A stretch of DNA of 64,000 nt, taken from positions 310,001 through 374,000 of the forward strand of contig RSEE01000055.1 of NCBI GenBank assembly GCA_003971905.1. The letters run 5' to 3'. Of this stretch, positions 36,754 to 49,928 are shown one piece after another. The position numbers were made by a program, and so were the translations under genes. The notes beneath the pieces were generated by a model, which had not been told where the DNA came from, ran no database searches, and was given only the letters and a program-made list of their open reading frames with translations. Source of the stretch: Moniliella sp. 'wahieum' (taxonomy: Eukaryota). Each line of letters begins with the position of its first letter. Position 1 is the stretch's first letter.

Positions 36754-39700
36754 GGCGGTGAATGCTTCTTCGTTTCTGAGTCGTGAGGTAATAGAAGGGA
36801 AGGAGAGAGGTGGCCTCAAAAAGTATGGCGTGGTGTTCGAGCTAAGAAAGAAGGAAGACGAGATCTCCAGAAGCTTTATATCGCTAAAGTTGAGTCCGCA
36901 CAGACGTTTCGGGTACGGTTGTCATCAGCGAGATTGCCTGCGATATTGCATGACGGGCACACCGTTGGTGTTGCTCAAAAGCACCCTGAACGCCTATCGT
37001 TTTCTCGATCTCTGCTGCTGTCTAACGTCTAGTATACCTGGGAACTGGCGGGGGGCGAGAGGTTTGTCTATACTTGGGAGGTATTTTGGACAAGCTACGG
37101 GGCAGAAGCGGCGGCAGTATGTGCCCGGCAGCATGCATCAGTCGACACCTTAGCACGAGAAATGACGATGATCGAAGGCTTGTATGTGGCATGATAGTCT
37201 GTGCGCAGAGAGATGATGATCATACAATGCGTGATGATGTGTAAGCGTATGAACGCTGAGCTGAACGTTTGAACCACACTTGACATAAAGCTTCAAGCTT
37301 CACGCGCAACGCACAACGAGGAAGCTTCATCTACGTATCGTATAGGAGACGTTGGCTGACGCGCTGAGAGGCTGAGATCTTGTCTAGGATGTGAGATCCA
37401 ATGTATGTTAGAGGGTTGGAAGAGGCAGGGTTGGTAGGACTTGTGTACTTAGTCCTTGGACCGGGTACCGTTACCGGATCGCGGCTACCGCATCCGAGAC
37501 AAGTCGCACAGGCTTTGCTTCGGGTGACTCCATGGCCAGTGTTGTGGAAGCTACGGAATGGGCAGCAGCAGCTGAATTCCGAGATGGGTGCTGGAACTGA
37601 TCGATCATTGATTGGGGACACCCCTAGATGGATCCCAGCCGAACAACAGAGAGGGGTTAAGCTTTAAGCACGTTATTAAGCTTTAAGCTAAGCGTTAAAC
37701 TACGGCGAACGTTAATTCGTGAGATCATCGATCCGTGACAAGAGTGATTAGTGACTATGTTCGAGTGACGTGTAGTGATGTGGTTGTGGGACTTAGGGCA
37801 TTGAATATGGAACGAGATTGGCACTGGTCTTGCACTCCAGAACCACACGCACAATATCCCAATCTTACCCCGCTGCACTTAAACAGAGCCTGCTCTCCGT
37901 CGCATATACACACAGCAATGATTAATGAGAAGACCACACACACAGCGCCGACAATAAACGATTGACACTTTCTGAGCGATCTGCGCCTCAACCGGCTTGA
38001 ATACAAAGACCTCAAGCTCCTCAAGTCAGGTATATGCTGCATGCATGGAGATGATCCTCACAGTCAACTATTCCGTCAGCAAATGGGAAAACGATAAATG
38101 TGACTACACGTCCACTGATGCACTGATGTACTGATGGCACTGCATGTATTATTGATCACTCAAAATTGGTGTGCCAAACATTTGGGGGGTAGACCCATAT
38201 ACATGCGGAAGCACATGTTTTGTGTGGTCAGGCGACCGGGGACCCAAGGGGTGGGGTGGGGCAGGGGGACGATAGGGTTGGCTTGCTACCTGGCTTGCTA
38301 CCGCCCAGTGGCGAAAAATCCTGATACTTTCTTCTACTGAGATGCAGCCTCGATAAATATGCTATTACTAGCTTACTCTTGAGTTCGAATAGCACTCATC
38401 GAATCGCTAGTATTAGAGCTAGTAACTAGAAATTAGTCCCAGCCACTAGCCCTAGATGTCACGAGAGGACTCATTTTCTACTATTCTGCAATGGATACCC
38501 GCTCTGGGGACGTCTTCGCGAGTAGGAGTCGAGGAGGGGGAAGTGCTAGCCCGATCTATAGAGATGTGGATGCAGATTACATGTTACAGAAGGTATTACT
38601 CGGACGGCAGCGGTGGTGGTGAAACAAACCAGAGATCTGCCACACATCCGATCACACGCTATAAGGGTCTGGGATTTGAAAAGAGCTAGCGCCTAGCATA
38701 CAGCATCTGAGATCTGCGATCTGCTATGCACGATGTGAGACGTGAGCGTGAGAGATCTGAGACATGCATGGGATCAATATGTCACATGCATGCATGCATC
38801 ATGCTCAGCATGTCAATATTCAATCGTTAATCATTAATCATCGATTATAGACTGATCAACAATCAGTCACGTGATGTGTCGTCTGTGCAATGCTGGCATC
38901 CGATTATCTAACCCGGAGGCGTCCGAGCCTGTCTCGGAGAATTGGTGGAGACCCGTTTACGTGTTACGCAATAGACCTATTAGCCCTTCCCGATCAAACT
39001 GCCGGCTCGGGGAGTCCGCGTTGTGCTGTGCCCTGCTGGGGAGGGGCAGGCTGTGGCTGCTGTGGTCTGCTGGGGCTAGAAGGGCTTCTTCGTTGTATTC
39101 CAGCTGTCCTGCCGGCAACTGCGGGGTATACAGACGGACTGAGTCCATATCCCTATTACATCATGACGTGCGGCGTCAGGCTTTGCAAGCGCAGGTGGGG
39201 GATTGGCGTTTTTTCATGTGCACTACCACCACCAATGCCGATTGTACAACGACGAATGCATGCAGCAGGGGGGGCCCGGTTGATTACCGACATGAGACGC
39301 ATGAGGCGCACGAGGTCAATGAAAAATGAGACAAGCGGGGGCTTTGGTATCGCTGAGATGATGCGCATATGCACGTAAACATGCAGTGAACAAAAAACCG
39401 TACGAGATGTGGGCCCACGTTTCATTTGGTGAACAGTCAGACTTATCGTAGGAAGCCATCGGGGCGTCTTGGAATAGGAGGAGTACAGCGAGATAGGAAG
39501 AAGAGAAGGAGGTGTACAGCTCATCATAGATGCGAATCTGGTATACTGTGTAGTGTTTGGCCACAGAGCAGCATAACCAACACGCGCAATACTAATACTG
39601 CCCGAGCAAGCAATAACATTATGCTTAATGACGTATGCCACAGATCGAAAACATCCTTCTGCACATGAAAGAAGAAGTAGTATGACAACACGACGAGACA

Positions 39701-41185
39701 CGACCACGAGATCAGACAAACGGCATATAGCTGATCATATATGACGTTAATTAGTTAATGACGAAATATGAGATCTCTCTCCGCATATCGGTTCACATCG
39801 TCAAGCTCGATGTGTAAGCTGTGGTGAGAACCAAACAGGAAGGGGTAAGTCCCATCCTATGGGAGAGTGCAATTCGTCGAGAACAGTGCAAACAGATTGC
39901 GGAGCCGCATATACGTGCGCATGAAACCCACTCCCACATATCTCCTGTTGATACCAAAACCAAAGAGAAAATGGCTATCGATTAGAAGATGCCGTGAAAG
40001 CGAAAACGCCAACACTCAGTCACGCCGTTGACTTGGCCGATTCGGATCAGCGACCAGATATAATTTGGTCCAGAACGCGGATTTGATACAGGGCCTTTAT
40101 CTCCTCCTTTACGGCTGATACTTTACCAAACGTGATCAGCCTAATACCCATTTAACCCACATGCATGTGAAAGGAGAAGAATTCCTTTTACGGTTGTTTG
40201 GCTTATCCACACAGCTGGAATCCGTGTTCCATGCAGAGATTTCCACCTCTTCTCCCTAAGCGCCAACCCACGCGATCTGATCAAGCACGTTGCATATCAA
40301 TTCGTGATATATTCATGAGATGTTCACCACAGCTGCTTCTTGAGACCTTTGCAGCATAATAGCGTCGATAGAATCATGTGAGCTTTTACCACGGACACAA
40401 GTACTAGGTTTCCTCTATCTGTGAATACCTAGTCGATATTGTTGAATCCCACCGCTTTGGGTGGCGGACTCTCATGCATGCAATTGGCAAGCACTCGATG
40501 AAAATGAAGATGCAAAAACAGACTGGCATCCTAACAAATATAGGCCTTGTTCAGGACGGGAGGGGGGGGGGTAATTCTCCATAAACAGAAGTGTCATGAG
40601 CTGCACACAGGCACTTATTCCGGAGGGAGGGTATATATGAGGCTCATATTGCTTCTCCACAGGAGAGTGGGGGGTATCATAGTCTGCAGCAGAGTGAGTT
40701 GGGCGAGCATGGAGTGGACAAAACAAAGGTTAATGAAGTTGCGAGTCAAAACTCCCCTTTGGGATGATCGACGATGATGCCGCATTATGGAGCCCAGTGG
40801 GCAAATCCTCTTGATACAGCCTCGTCCTGTGAGAGTACGAAGAGGAAGGTCTGAGGTTACTGTGGCTGGTGACAGAAACGCACACAGCAATTGCGGCATG
40901 CCGAGACTTGCAATAGCTAGCTCCTGGACGGTTTGGCGCAGTTTTACCTCCCGCGCTACGTGCAACATGGCGAAAGAACCGCTACTTTTCTCTATGAAGG
41001 TACACAAATCTTTGGGGTGAGTGACCGCCAGGGGTCGGTCGATAATTCTGTGCAACATGCGCAGAGCGTTTTGTGCGAGCCGAATGCTACGGTCAAAAGC
41101 ACGTGTCCATATGGCACGACTGATCAACCATAAGAGGGCAGCAGGGGCGGCAGGGGCGGCAGGGGCGGACCACTCGGGTCCCTGT

Positions 41186-41745
41186 TTAAGCCGAAGCACG
41201 AGCGACGGCAGGGTTCACCTTCTTGCCGTCCTTGTTGAAACGAACACGGACGGGGGGCGCACGGTTACGGCGGTCAACACGCGAGCGGACACGCACGGTC
41301 TTCGAGTGGATCGCGCACGAGACGCAGTAGTGGACCTTGTTGTACAACTTGGGCAAGGTGTACTCGGCGTAAACCGAGGCCCTCGCTCATGTCGCGCACA
41401 GCGGCAGCCTCCACGACGTTACGGACAGTGAACCGCTTGATCGCCTTGTCCTTGGGAACAGCGCGGGAGCAGTTCGAGCAACGGACAAAGTTAACGTGGC
41501 CACGGCCGTGCTTGTTGCGGCCACCGTTCCTGCGCTTGGTCGTCACTGGAAAGAAGGGAAGGGGAACAGTCAGTTCAACCTGTCCGCCTAGAGAAGTGCG
41601 CTGCAGGGAAGGAGATGGCTGAGAGCGGACGAGGACGAGCCGCGGGCAGAGCCTTCCAACCGTAAGGCAGCAGGAGTAAAAGCGGTAACGACGTCGCGCG
41701 AACAGCACGAAACCACACTGGGTGCCGAGGAAAAATGGACTCACT
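41186..41745 (-). CDS. RPS26: 40S ribosomal protein S26 (eS26); start codon split by a 199-nt intron (41546-41744); one apparent indel near 41380
   Basis: [51 protein letters not shown]...[23 protein letters not shown]...ACTGAC...TTCCAG|TG. Confidence 0.95.
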
Positions 41746-41957
41746 GCTGGGCAACAGGATCTACTGGCTGGTGAGGAGCAAGCATGGCGAGCAGAGCACG
41801 TCGGCGTGCAACGACGAGACCAGCGAACAGCCTCGCGGGGGCAGAACAGTGCATTACATTAGGGTTCGCGACAGGTTCGGGCGCATAAATACTGCGACCC
41901 AATTGAGGCTGTCGCGTGTCACATGATGATGCGTGATGGCGTATGAAATCTGTTAGG

Positions 41958-41982
41958 CGATGATCGATGATCGATGATCGAT
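41958..41982. repeat. (CGATGAT)3.5 heptamer repeat with ATCGAT palindrome core
   Basis: Direct reading. Confidence 0.85.
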
Positions 41983-42319
41983 CTCCAGCAGTGACATCAC
42001 CGATGGCCGGCGAGCCAGCCAGCCTGATTCAGAATTTGAGGTTCTTGGTGAGAGGCTGAGCCCACAAGTCAGAGTGACTCAGCAGGGGTTGTGGAGAGAG
42101 CCCAGCACCTGTGGCCCGAAGATGAAGAGATGCGGAGGTACTCAGGGCGGGCCATTGTAGCGTGTTTTTAACTAACGATGCGAGTTGGAAGATCCATATA
42201 GCGTCATCGCGTCATCATGGACAGGAGGTATAGAACGGACCTTTTGGGGTGTCCGTGGTGTCCTATTCATACTGTTGAGGAGAGAGATGCGTACTCTTAT
42301 ATATACGAAGAGACATTTG

Positions 42320-42512
42320 TGTAACGGTGTAGTGGCCTCCCGGGGAAGACACCCTTACCAGGGCGGGGCCCGAGAATCCGAGTCACGACAGCGAGCGATA
42401 GCGAAAGATAGAGAACTTGAGTATAAGGAGAAGAGAAGCTAAGAAGCGAGAGCGATGATAAAAAGGGAGTGGAGGTGGCTGTGCAAGGCGACTCAATCGT
42501 CGTCCCGTGACA
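42320..42512 (-). mobile_element. Solo LTR, family B copy 1 (193 bp)
   Basis: Inverted ends TGTAACGG...CCGTGACA; its reverse complement aligns with 47150-47291 (ACAGCCACCTCCACT, ACTCAAGTTCTCTA, TCGTGACTC, CGGATTCTCGG). Confidence 0.72.
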
Positions 42513-43529
42513 GCTTGTTCACACTTATTAATGCTCTTGCGATAGAATTATAGGGTTCAAATGTGGAGAGTTGGAGGACTCATTCTGAACTGACGTTCTA
42601 TAGGCATTTGTGGTGGCACGCGTCTCACTAGCAGAAGGGACATGGCCAGATCTGGTTGCCCGCACGGCTGTGTTCTCCCAAATTGCGTCCTTCTGTTGGG
42701 ATCCACGGTTCCGTACATAGACCAAGGCGCCTTATCACTATTAGCCCCTTATTTGACCTCCGAAGCCTCCAAGTGTATACTCCGGTTTGTTCGAACCTCT
42801 GTCTTCGGTAGGAGGGGCGTAAAAGTGCATAAGGCTTTGACCTTAACCACCACCACTGAGATTGCCTATTGCTCTACATTTCCAGAGGTTCTCCACTCAA
42901 ATCATTGGGTTCCTCCGGTCTTACACCTTCGGCAACCCTCACACTCTAAACATTGCTATACGACATATATACGGCCTTCAAGCTTTAAGCTTGCCGCGAT
43001 TGCGTGTGGAGATGCAATACCGGAGGAATGGCCGATTATATGGGGTAGTATGGTTGGGGAATGGGATCAAAGAGCGGGCACATAGACCCTGGACGTGTGT
43101 GTGCAAAAAATGAAAACCGCCGGGGCTGAAACTCGCGGATGTGGATGATCGATGGAATGTGTGAACGAGCGATGCCGTGAGGAGCCCCAGGCCCGTAAGA
43201 CGTGAGGCACGGGACGGGGAGGGGGGTTCAGCGCGCTCACTGGTCAACGTGGTCAACGTTCAACGTCCGACGGTGTTGCTCTCGGTCACACATGCCGTGC
43301 AATGATCCGTCGTTGACGTCGTTGTGGTCAAGAACACTGATCTAGTAACGTGGGCGCGCGATGGAATTAATAGTTTTCCGCGCTTTGATACAACACACTC
43401 TAGAAGACTCTTCAAGCTTCACGCTTCATCCTCAGGCCTCACAGCCATCGCATCAAGGACCGACTCCTCAAATATGAGGGAGTCGCTTTCCCAGCCCACC
43501 ATGCAGCTCCCTTGATTGCTCCGCAACCG

Positions 43530-43555
43530 TGAACGTTGAACGTTGAACGTTGAAC
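43530..43555. repeat. (TGAACGT)3.7 heptamer repeat with AACGTT palindrome core
   Basis: Direct reading; degenerate copy at ~57192-57218. Confidence 0.85.
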
Positions 43556-44114
43556 CCCAATAGGTGTGCGTTGTGTACAATAAATGGTGTGTGGGCTAAC
43601 AGTTGTGAGTTTATATTTGACTGGGGGGAGGGGGGCGCGGGGACTGTCATACGGTTTGTTAGTTTGCTTCTCCGATTTCTGCGATCTCATATCTCGGTCG
43701 GGGACTTACAAAATTGTTGTATTTGTCGTCTTACTCAGACTGCTCGGACACTCTGCTGCTCGCATCCATATTACGAGGGCTGACATGTGGCTGATGGACT
43801 GACACTACGCCACATCTCACAGGGTTTCAGTTTGTTGTTTTGTGCGCGCCCACATCTTCTTCGACGTATATCTCACAGTCTTTCTCCCACCTCTATTCTA
43901 GTCAGCATCCTTTTGGCGCACTCTCACTTCGTTTCAGCTTCTACCCACCCACTAACTTCCACCCCGATCAATCATAGGGAATCTCGATACGACATATCTG
44001 GCCACTTCGAAGAGGATATTGGTGTGAGGGTTATATATACTATCCAGAAAGAGCGCGTTCTCCATACCCTTCTTCCTTTTCCCTTCGCTGTTTCGTCAGT
44101 ATCCTCACAGCAAC

Positions 44115-46359
44115 ATGGCCCAGTCGTTGGAGCGCAGCCAGGGTACCACCAGCGACAGCACCCATGGCTGCTTACACCGCATCGAAGACACCGCTGTCCT
44201 CACAACTGCCCCCACCTCCGTAGGTACGTACATCGAATCGAACAACCCCCCCCCCTCTATACTATTACGACGATATGGCCCGAGAAGCCCAACTACATTT
44301 GGGACGCCACCTTCGCCCAATGCAGCCTGGAAGAGACTGCTGAAAATGATGCCTTCCCTCACCTTGACCGACCACTGTGCACCATTTTGTCCAAACATCT
44401 AACCCCCCCACCGTGCCACCATTTCCCCTACACCCACATGTGCTCGCCTGCTCTGCGAACTGGCGCATTATTGACATCTTATCTTATTTTCTTGTATCTT
44501 CTGATTTGCCTCGCTAAAGGCATGGGTATTAACCACCCCACCTCGGCACTTGCTCCTGCCGTCCTTGGTCCCACTATCCACTTTAGTGACTCTTCGCCTG
44601 TTTTTTGCTTGAAAAACGTGAACAAGACGGCACTTGAACCAACAACAGACCAACAGGGCGAAGCATTGGTCGACAAAGACCCCTTTCCTCGCTACGTGGA
44701 GCTCGCCAAGGACATGCTTCCAGAGCCCCCACGGGAGGACAAAAGTTTTCTGGCCATGAATTCTCCCCGCTTGGCCTCTTCTCGCTCCGAGTTTCTCGAC
44801 CCAGCAGCCTCTCCCTCCAGACTCGGAATCAAAACGAAACAAGGCGTTGGCAAGAAGTCATCATGCCTTCCGAGTCGAGCAGAACCCCATGCCAAGGCTA
44901 CAAACCACTTATGTGGACGATAACCTTGTGCGGTCTAGTAGTACCGAAGAAGGAATTTGGAAGGAGGTGCAAGAGAGCCTGGATTGGCTGCAAGATAGTT
45001 GTCCTCTAGCGATACCAATGGGGGTTCCGCCTTGTCCGCACCCGAGCAAGTTCGGCAATTTTTCATCAGCTGTCTTGCCTTATCCTTGTTGCCATGTGCC
45101 TCCTCTTCCTCAACCTGATTCTCTCCCTGATACTCAGCCTCAATTTCGCTCCTCCTTTGGTGCATATACCGGACGGAAACAGTTGAAACGAGCAAACCGG
45201 CCTCCGTTCATTTGCACGTCACGCAAGCCCATCAATTCCTTGTCAACTGCCTCGTCCGAGACGGGCGGGTTGTACGGACCGGCTGATAATGAGGTTCCCA
45301 TCTACCCTTCCTCAGCGGGACAAGCCAGCACCCTCAGTCCCGCTTCCCCTTTCGTCGCGCCCTCTTCCATGGACTCTGAGGACTTCATTTTGCCCAGTCC
45401 CCGCATCAAGCCTAGGCGCAGCGTACGCTTTGCTTCGCCCGAGGTCCCCGCCGATCGGCATTCTGCCCAGCCAGCTGCAGGGCAGGCCAAGCCATTGCTG
45501 CACTCACAATTGCTTTCGCGATGGTTGAACGAGGCGACGACTATCTCGGACCCCGACAAGTCAGGTGTACCCTCTTTGCACGCGCTGCATCCGAACGCGT
45601 CTAGTGGCACATTGAACAACTCGGAGAGGGATTCTCCCCCCGGTAGGAACATCCCCACGCCAACGCCTGCATTTCGAAGAATCAACAACGCCGGAACGGA
45701 TGCCAGAGCCGACAGTACGCTGGCAAATGGACATCTACCACTCGGATGGGTCTGAGCTTCGGGCGTGGGACGGGCAAGAGTGGGAACGTCCAATTGCCTC
45801 CCATCGTGATCGATCCTTGTTCCACTGCCCTACCCTCATCCTGGGCCCCACTACCCAGTGTGGGAAACAATACACCGCCTATTACCAGTGCTCACCTCGT
45901 CTCCCCGATCCACACACGATCTTCGTACCGGCCCATTGCCCTAGCAAGCTTGGCACCGCTCAACCGGATGGGGCAATCCGTCGAACGAGCGCCAAAGCGG
46001 ATCTGGGCCAGGTCAAGGCCAAAGATGTGACCTTGGCGACTTCCCCCCGCTACGAAGCCGGGTGCAAACGGCTGCTGCACCGAGGATCGGACTCGGCTTT
46101 GCTTCGGCCAGAAAGCAAGACATGCACTGCTCCCCTTCCCAACTACGAGGGGCAGAGCGGCGCTGCGCCGTCCAGCTCTCAAGTTAACTTGGCCCTTGAT
46201 GCCAGTGAGCAGGAAGGCAGCCATGTTCAGGCTCTGGCTGATGCTGAGCGGAAGGAGAAAGTGGTGCCTGCGTTTCCGATGGGGGCACCAAGGGGTCATA
46301 GGGGATTGGATCGGGCCAAGCACTTTTTGGCAAGAGGGTTCATTCTGCCGAAACGGTAA
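44115..46359 (+). CDS. Hypothetical Ser/Pro-rich disordered protein, probably spliced and frameshifted
   Basis: Chain of long overlapping plus-strand ORFs (378, 302 and 219 aa); TATATA at ~44032 and CAACATGG start context; no recognised domain. Confidence 0.45.
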
Positions 46360-47149
46360 AATATGTTGCTGGAAAAAAGGGAGTGCTCGGCCGTTACAGT
46401 TAGCCGGGGGATTGGAACACCATCATGATCATACACATATCAATAACTAATGAGGTTCCCCTGGAGAAGAGATCACTTTATTGTTGTTCAGACCATGAGA
46501 CGCCCGAAGCTCATCATCTATCCTATTCGACTGGGTCTTACGCCACCTTTTTATCGAAACGATCCAGGGCACAGTAGCAACCAAAGTAGAACAACGAGTG
46601 AGCGCGCCTTGCGCCCTCGCCGCACCATCGCTCCTGTTACAACCACGCAAGCCTTTGTGAGCCCTTGCGGCAACGCCCCGGACAGTGATTCTGCTGTCCA
46701 TATTCACTGCTCCCCACCTATACCCCATCCTCGACGTTCGGGACAACCTACCACAGATGGGAAAATTCAGCCGCCGCCACGCGGGTCACTCTTCTTGGTG
46801 GGAACGAGAAAAGTGGTTCAATATCCTCTCTTCACTCTTCTACTACTCCATCATTCATTGGCAGCCATCGGGCTTGGGTATGACCCATCCGTCTCACCTT
46901 CAAAATGCTTCACACCATCAATTAACGTGGACCAACATGACTAACTATACCTGTGATGTAGCGATGTTGACCCGGAGACAGGGGTCAGGTTCGCACTTCC
47001 GTTCAGACATGAGAACGAAGATCCCTTATTTCATGCGGGATCCGGGCACAACATGTCCAGAGGTAACGTATGTCGACCAAAGCCCGCATATAGCCTACTG
47101 CCCAAACAACGCTATTTTCCCCCACTTATAACTGTTTGTTTACCACTGC

Positions 47150-47547
47150 TGTCACAGGGCGACGATCAGTCGGTTTGTACAGCCACCTCCACTTCCTTAT
47201 TGTCGCACTCGCTTCTCGCGGCGTCTCTCCCTACTATCACCACTCAAGTTCTCTAGTATTTTTCGCTCTTATCGTGACTCTCCGTCGGATTTGATGAGAC
47301 CTGGAGTCCTGATGGTCCTCGAGGGTGATGCAATCGCACTGGTGGTGGTGGTTTAACTGCCAACCAGCAAAACGTCTACAGAGGAACATCAAGCAGCGAG
47401 TCGCAACCAGAGGCTAAGCTGCGGAACAAGGAAAGACAGGAGAGAGAAAACAACGGAACTCTCAGCGCTTGAGGACTGAGAGGAACTGAAGGGGGACATT
47501 GTGGTCAAAGCATGGACCACCCGATAATGGCTTAACAGGATTCTCGG
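47150..47547 (+). mobile_element. Solo LTR family B copy 2, interrupted by a family A LTR and 3'-truncated
   Basis: Starts TGTCACAGGGCGACGAT; homology to the reverse complement of 42320-42512 continues as GGATTCTCGG after the insert. Confidence 0.7.
47292..47537 (-). mobile_element. Solo LTR, family A copy 3 (246 bp) with perfect TSD
   Basis: TG...CA ends (TGTTAAG...CTCATCA on minus strand); GGATT at both 47287-47291 and 47538-47542. Confidence 0.88.
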
Positions 47548-48702
47548 CGTATCTACAAAACCCACAACAATCTTCTCTTCGCCGTTCGCGCTCGTCTAAA
47601 AATCCAAAACACTACACATGGTTCGACTCGGTTCTCTCCTTTTCTCATCTCGGGCCCGCTCTGCCCTTGTCCCTCTCCTCGCGCCTCTCGTGCTTGGTCC
47701 CCACTTCTTTTCCCCTTGACTCGTTTCCCCTTTTTGCTGTAGAGCTGTTGTGGTCTTTACTTCGTTCCCCTCTCCTATAAAACTTGCCTGATCTTAGGTC
47801 CAATTGTGATGGCCCAAGCCGCCCACGAATCAGTAGATCCTTTTCCTCTACACCCCTTTTCAGTAGGCGATGAACTCCACTCTAGAAGAACCACCTTCCG
47901 ATCAGCTCGCTTGCCCTCTCACTGGCCTATCGGAGCCCCCCGCTTTCTCGTCCGGCTCCTAATGCGCAACCTCTTTACGGACTCTACCTGGCTCTCATCT
48001 GCCCGACGACTCGCGACCCTCCTACGTTCACACCAGTGTTCCTTGGACAATGGATCTGAAATGTGTTCAGTCCTCCGTGAGTCTTGTCTCCGATACCAGG
48101 CAGGGAAGGTATCCGCCTCGGAAGCCAGCAACCCCGTTACAACTGCCTTTGAAGTTATGCTCGCCTGTCCTCCCGCCATCTCATGATCCTGACGGTAATG
48201 GGCCCTGTTTCCTCTCACAATCTCAGTACTCATTTCATCGACATACACACACCATATCCCGTCGCCGATGCCGCAGCGACAGTGACTATTAAACCAACTT
48301 TTTGCGTTTTGTCGTTCTAGGTCTTGAAATAGCCTGCACCTACAAACTCCTCCTACCAGAGGTTGGAAGTAGACAATGACCCCTCCATGTGCTTGCCCCC
48401 TTCGCATTTTCGCATTGCGCCCCCAAACACCTACACTTCTTCACATGCACTATTATATGGATAGCAGAACGTTGGATGGGCGATTAATGGCAGCTACATT
48501 AATACTTTGCCATGGAGAGGTTAAGGCAATTTTGGCCAGAACGGAAGGGATAGGTACATGGGGGCAGAAAGGGAGGGAGCAGTGTGCCCCTCCATAGTAG
48601 CACAGATCAGGGAATCAGGCATGGCGCGTGGCGCGTGGCAGGAGAACGCGGGGGAACGTCCCCGCCCGAAAGCCAAACGGCAACACCACAGTTGCTCCAC
48701 AG

Positions 48703-49928
48703 TTACTCTCCCCCTCGTCAAAGCAGTAGGACACGGCCAACTCGACGTTTTTCCCACAGACAAAGTACGCTTCAATTGCTTTTTCTTGCGCGATGCCCAT
48801 CGACGTGATGGTTTCAATGTTGGTACGGTCCTCGGGCTCGAGCGAATCAAACGTAGGCAAGTCCATCGATTCCATGCCCTCGGCCTGGAAGCCTTGGAGC
48901 AAACGCAGGACTTCGGCAGGGTTGGAGTGCAGCGCCTGCGCCAGTTGAGGGTTGTGTTCGGCCAAAGCCTGAACCAGCGGTTGCAGTGCCGCGGGGTTCT
49001 CCTCCGCCAACGTCTGCAGTTGCCTCAGCATCACTGGGTCTCCCAGGTCCAGCACTTCTTGGCCCTCCTCATCCACTTCGCCCCCAAACGCACCCCCCTC
49101 ACGACCTTGGGCCGCCTGCGCCGCAGCGGCGTCAAACAAGTTCCCGGGCGTACGTGCTGGTGCAGCAGCAGGAGCCGAGGCAGCAGCACCTGCTCCAGCC
49201 GCCCTAGGAGCGGACGGCGCAGGGGAATCCAGTCCCTGAGGGATGCCCGTCATAAGATATTCAACCGCCCGATCGGGGTTGTTGTACGAAGCACGCAAAG
49301 CCCGTTTGACCTGGTCTCGCGGGAACCCCATCTCAACAATTGGTCCTCGGCCCCGCTCAGCGCGCTGCCCGCCAAAAACTCGTTTGTTCCCCCGGCAACG
49401 GCGGGAGCGGCAGGTGCATCGGTCGGCGCCGACGCCTCGCTCGACGGAGGAGGGGCAGCAGCAGCGGCAGAAGCAGAAGCAGAAGCAGAGTCCGTTTCCA
49501 TCTGTTCAGGCTCCGATGGCTTAGTCTCGGATCCGGTCGCACCTGCTGGTTCGGACGTCGCAGACTCGGCGGGCTGGGCTTTTTCTTCTGGCGCCGGGGC
49601 AGCAGGGGCTGGCTTGGCAGCCGCCTTGACGGCCTTGGGCTTGGAAACCATCGAGACAATGAAATCCTTTTCGTGGATGTTGCATGCCTCTACGGTTTGC
49701 TCGTTGCTGAGGATCTTGCCAGCAAAAATGATCTTTTGGTTCTCGACGGGGTGGCCCTTGGCTTCGGTAATCTTCTCCTTGACGGTGAGAATCTGACGAG
49801 AAAGGAAGGCGGGTCAGCAGCTGGGAAGCGGGCGGAGGGCGCGGGTGCAAATGCCAACGCACTGTGTCGGAGGGTTCGACATGGACGGTGTAGGTGCCGC
49901 CGGCGAGGGGCTTGACAGTGATCTGCAT
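48703..49928 (-). CDS. RAD23: UV excision repair / ubiquitin shuttle protein Rad23 (UBL-UBA-XPC-binding-UBA); intron 49793-49862; frameshifted
   Basis: [30 protein letters not shown]...[59 protein letters not shown]. Confidence 0.95.

Noticed and set aside
47806..48186. 126-aa ORF with TATAAA about 30 nt upstream
   Set aside because: No recognisable domain or clear codon bias; unsupported without expression data
48558..49796. Long ORFs such as the 412-aa plus-strand frame here and the 317-aa frame at 29651-30604
   Set aside because: Antisense shadows of real GC-rich genes or low-complexity sequence
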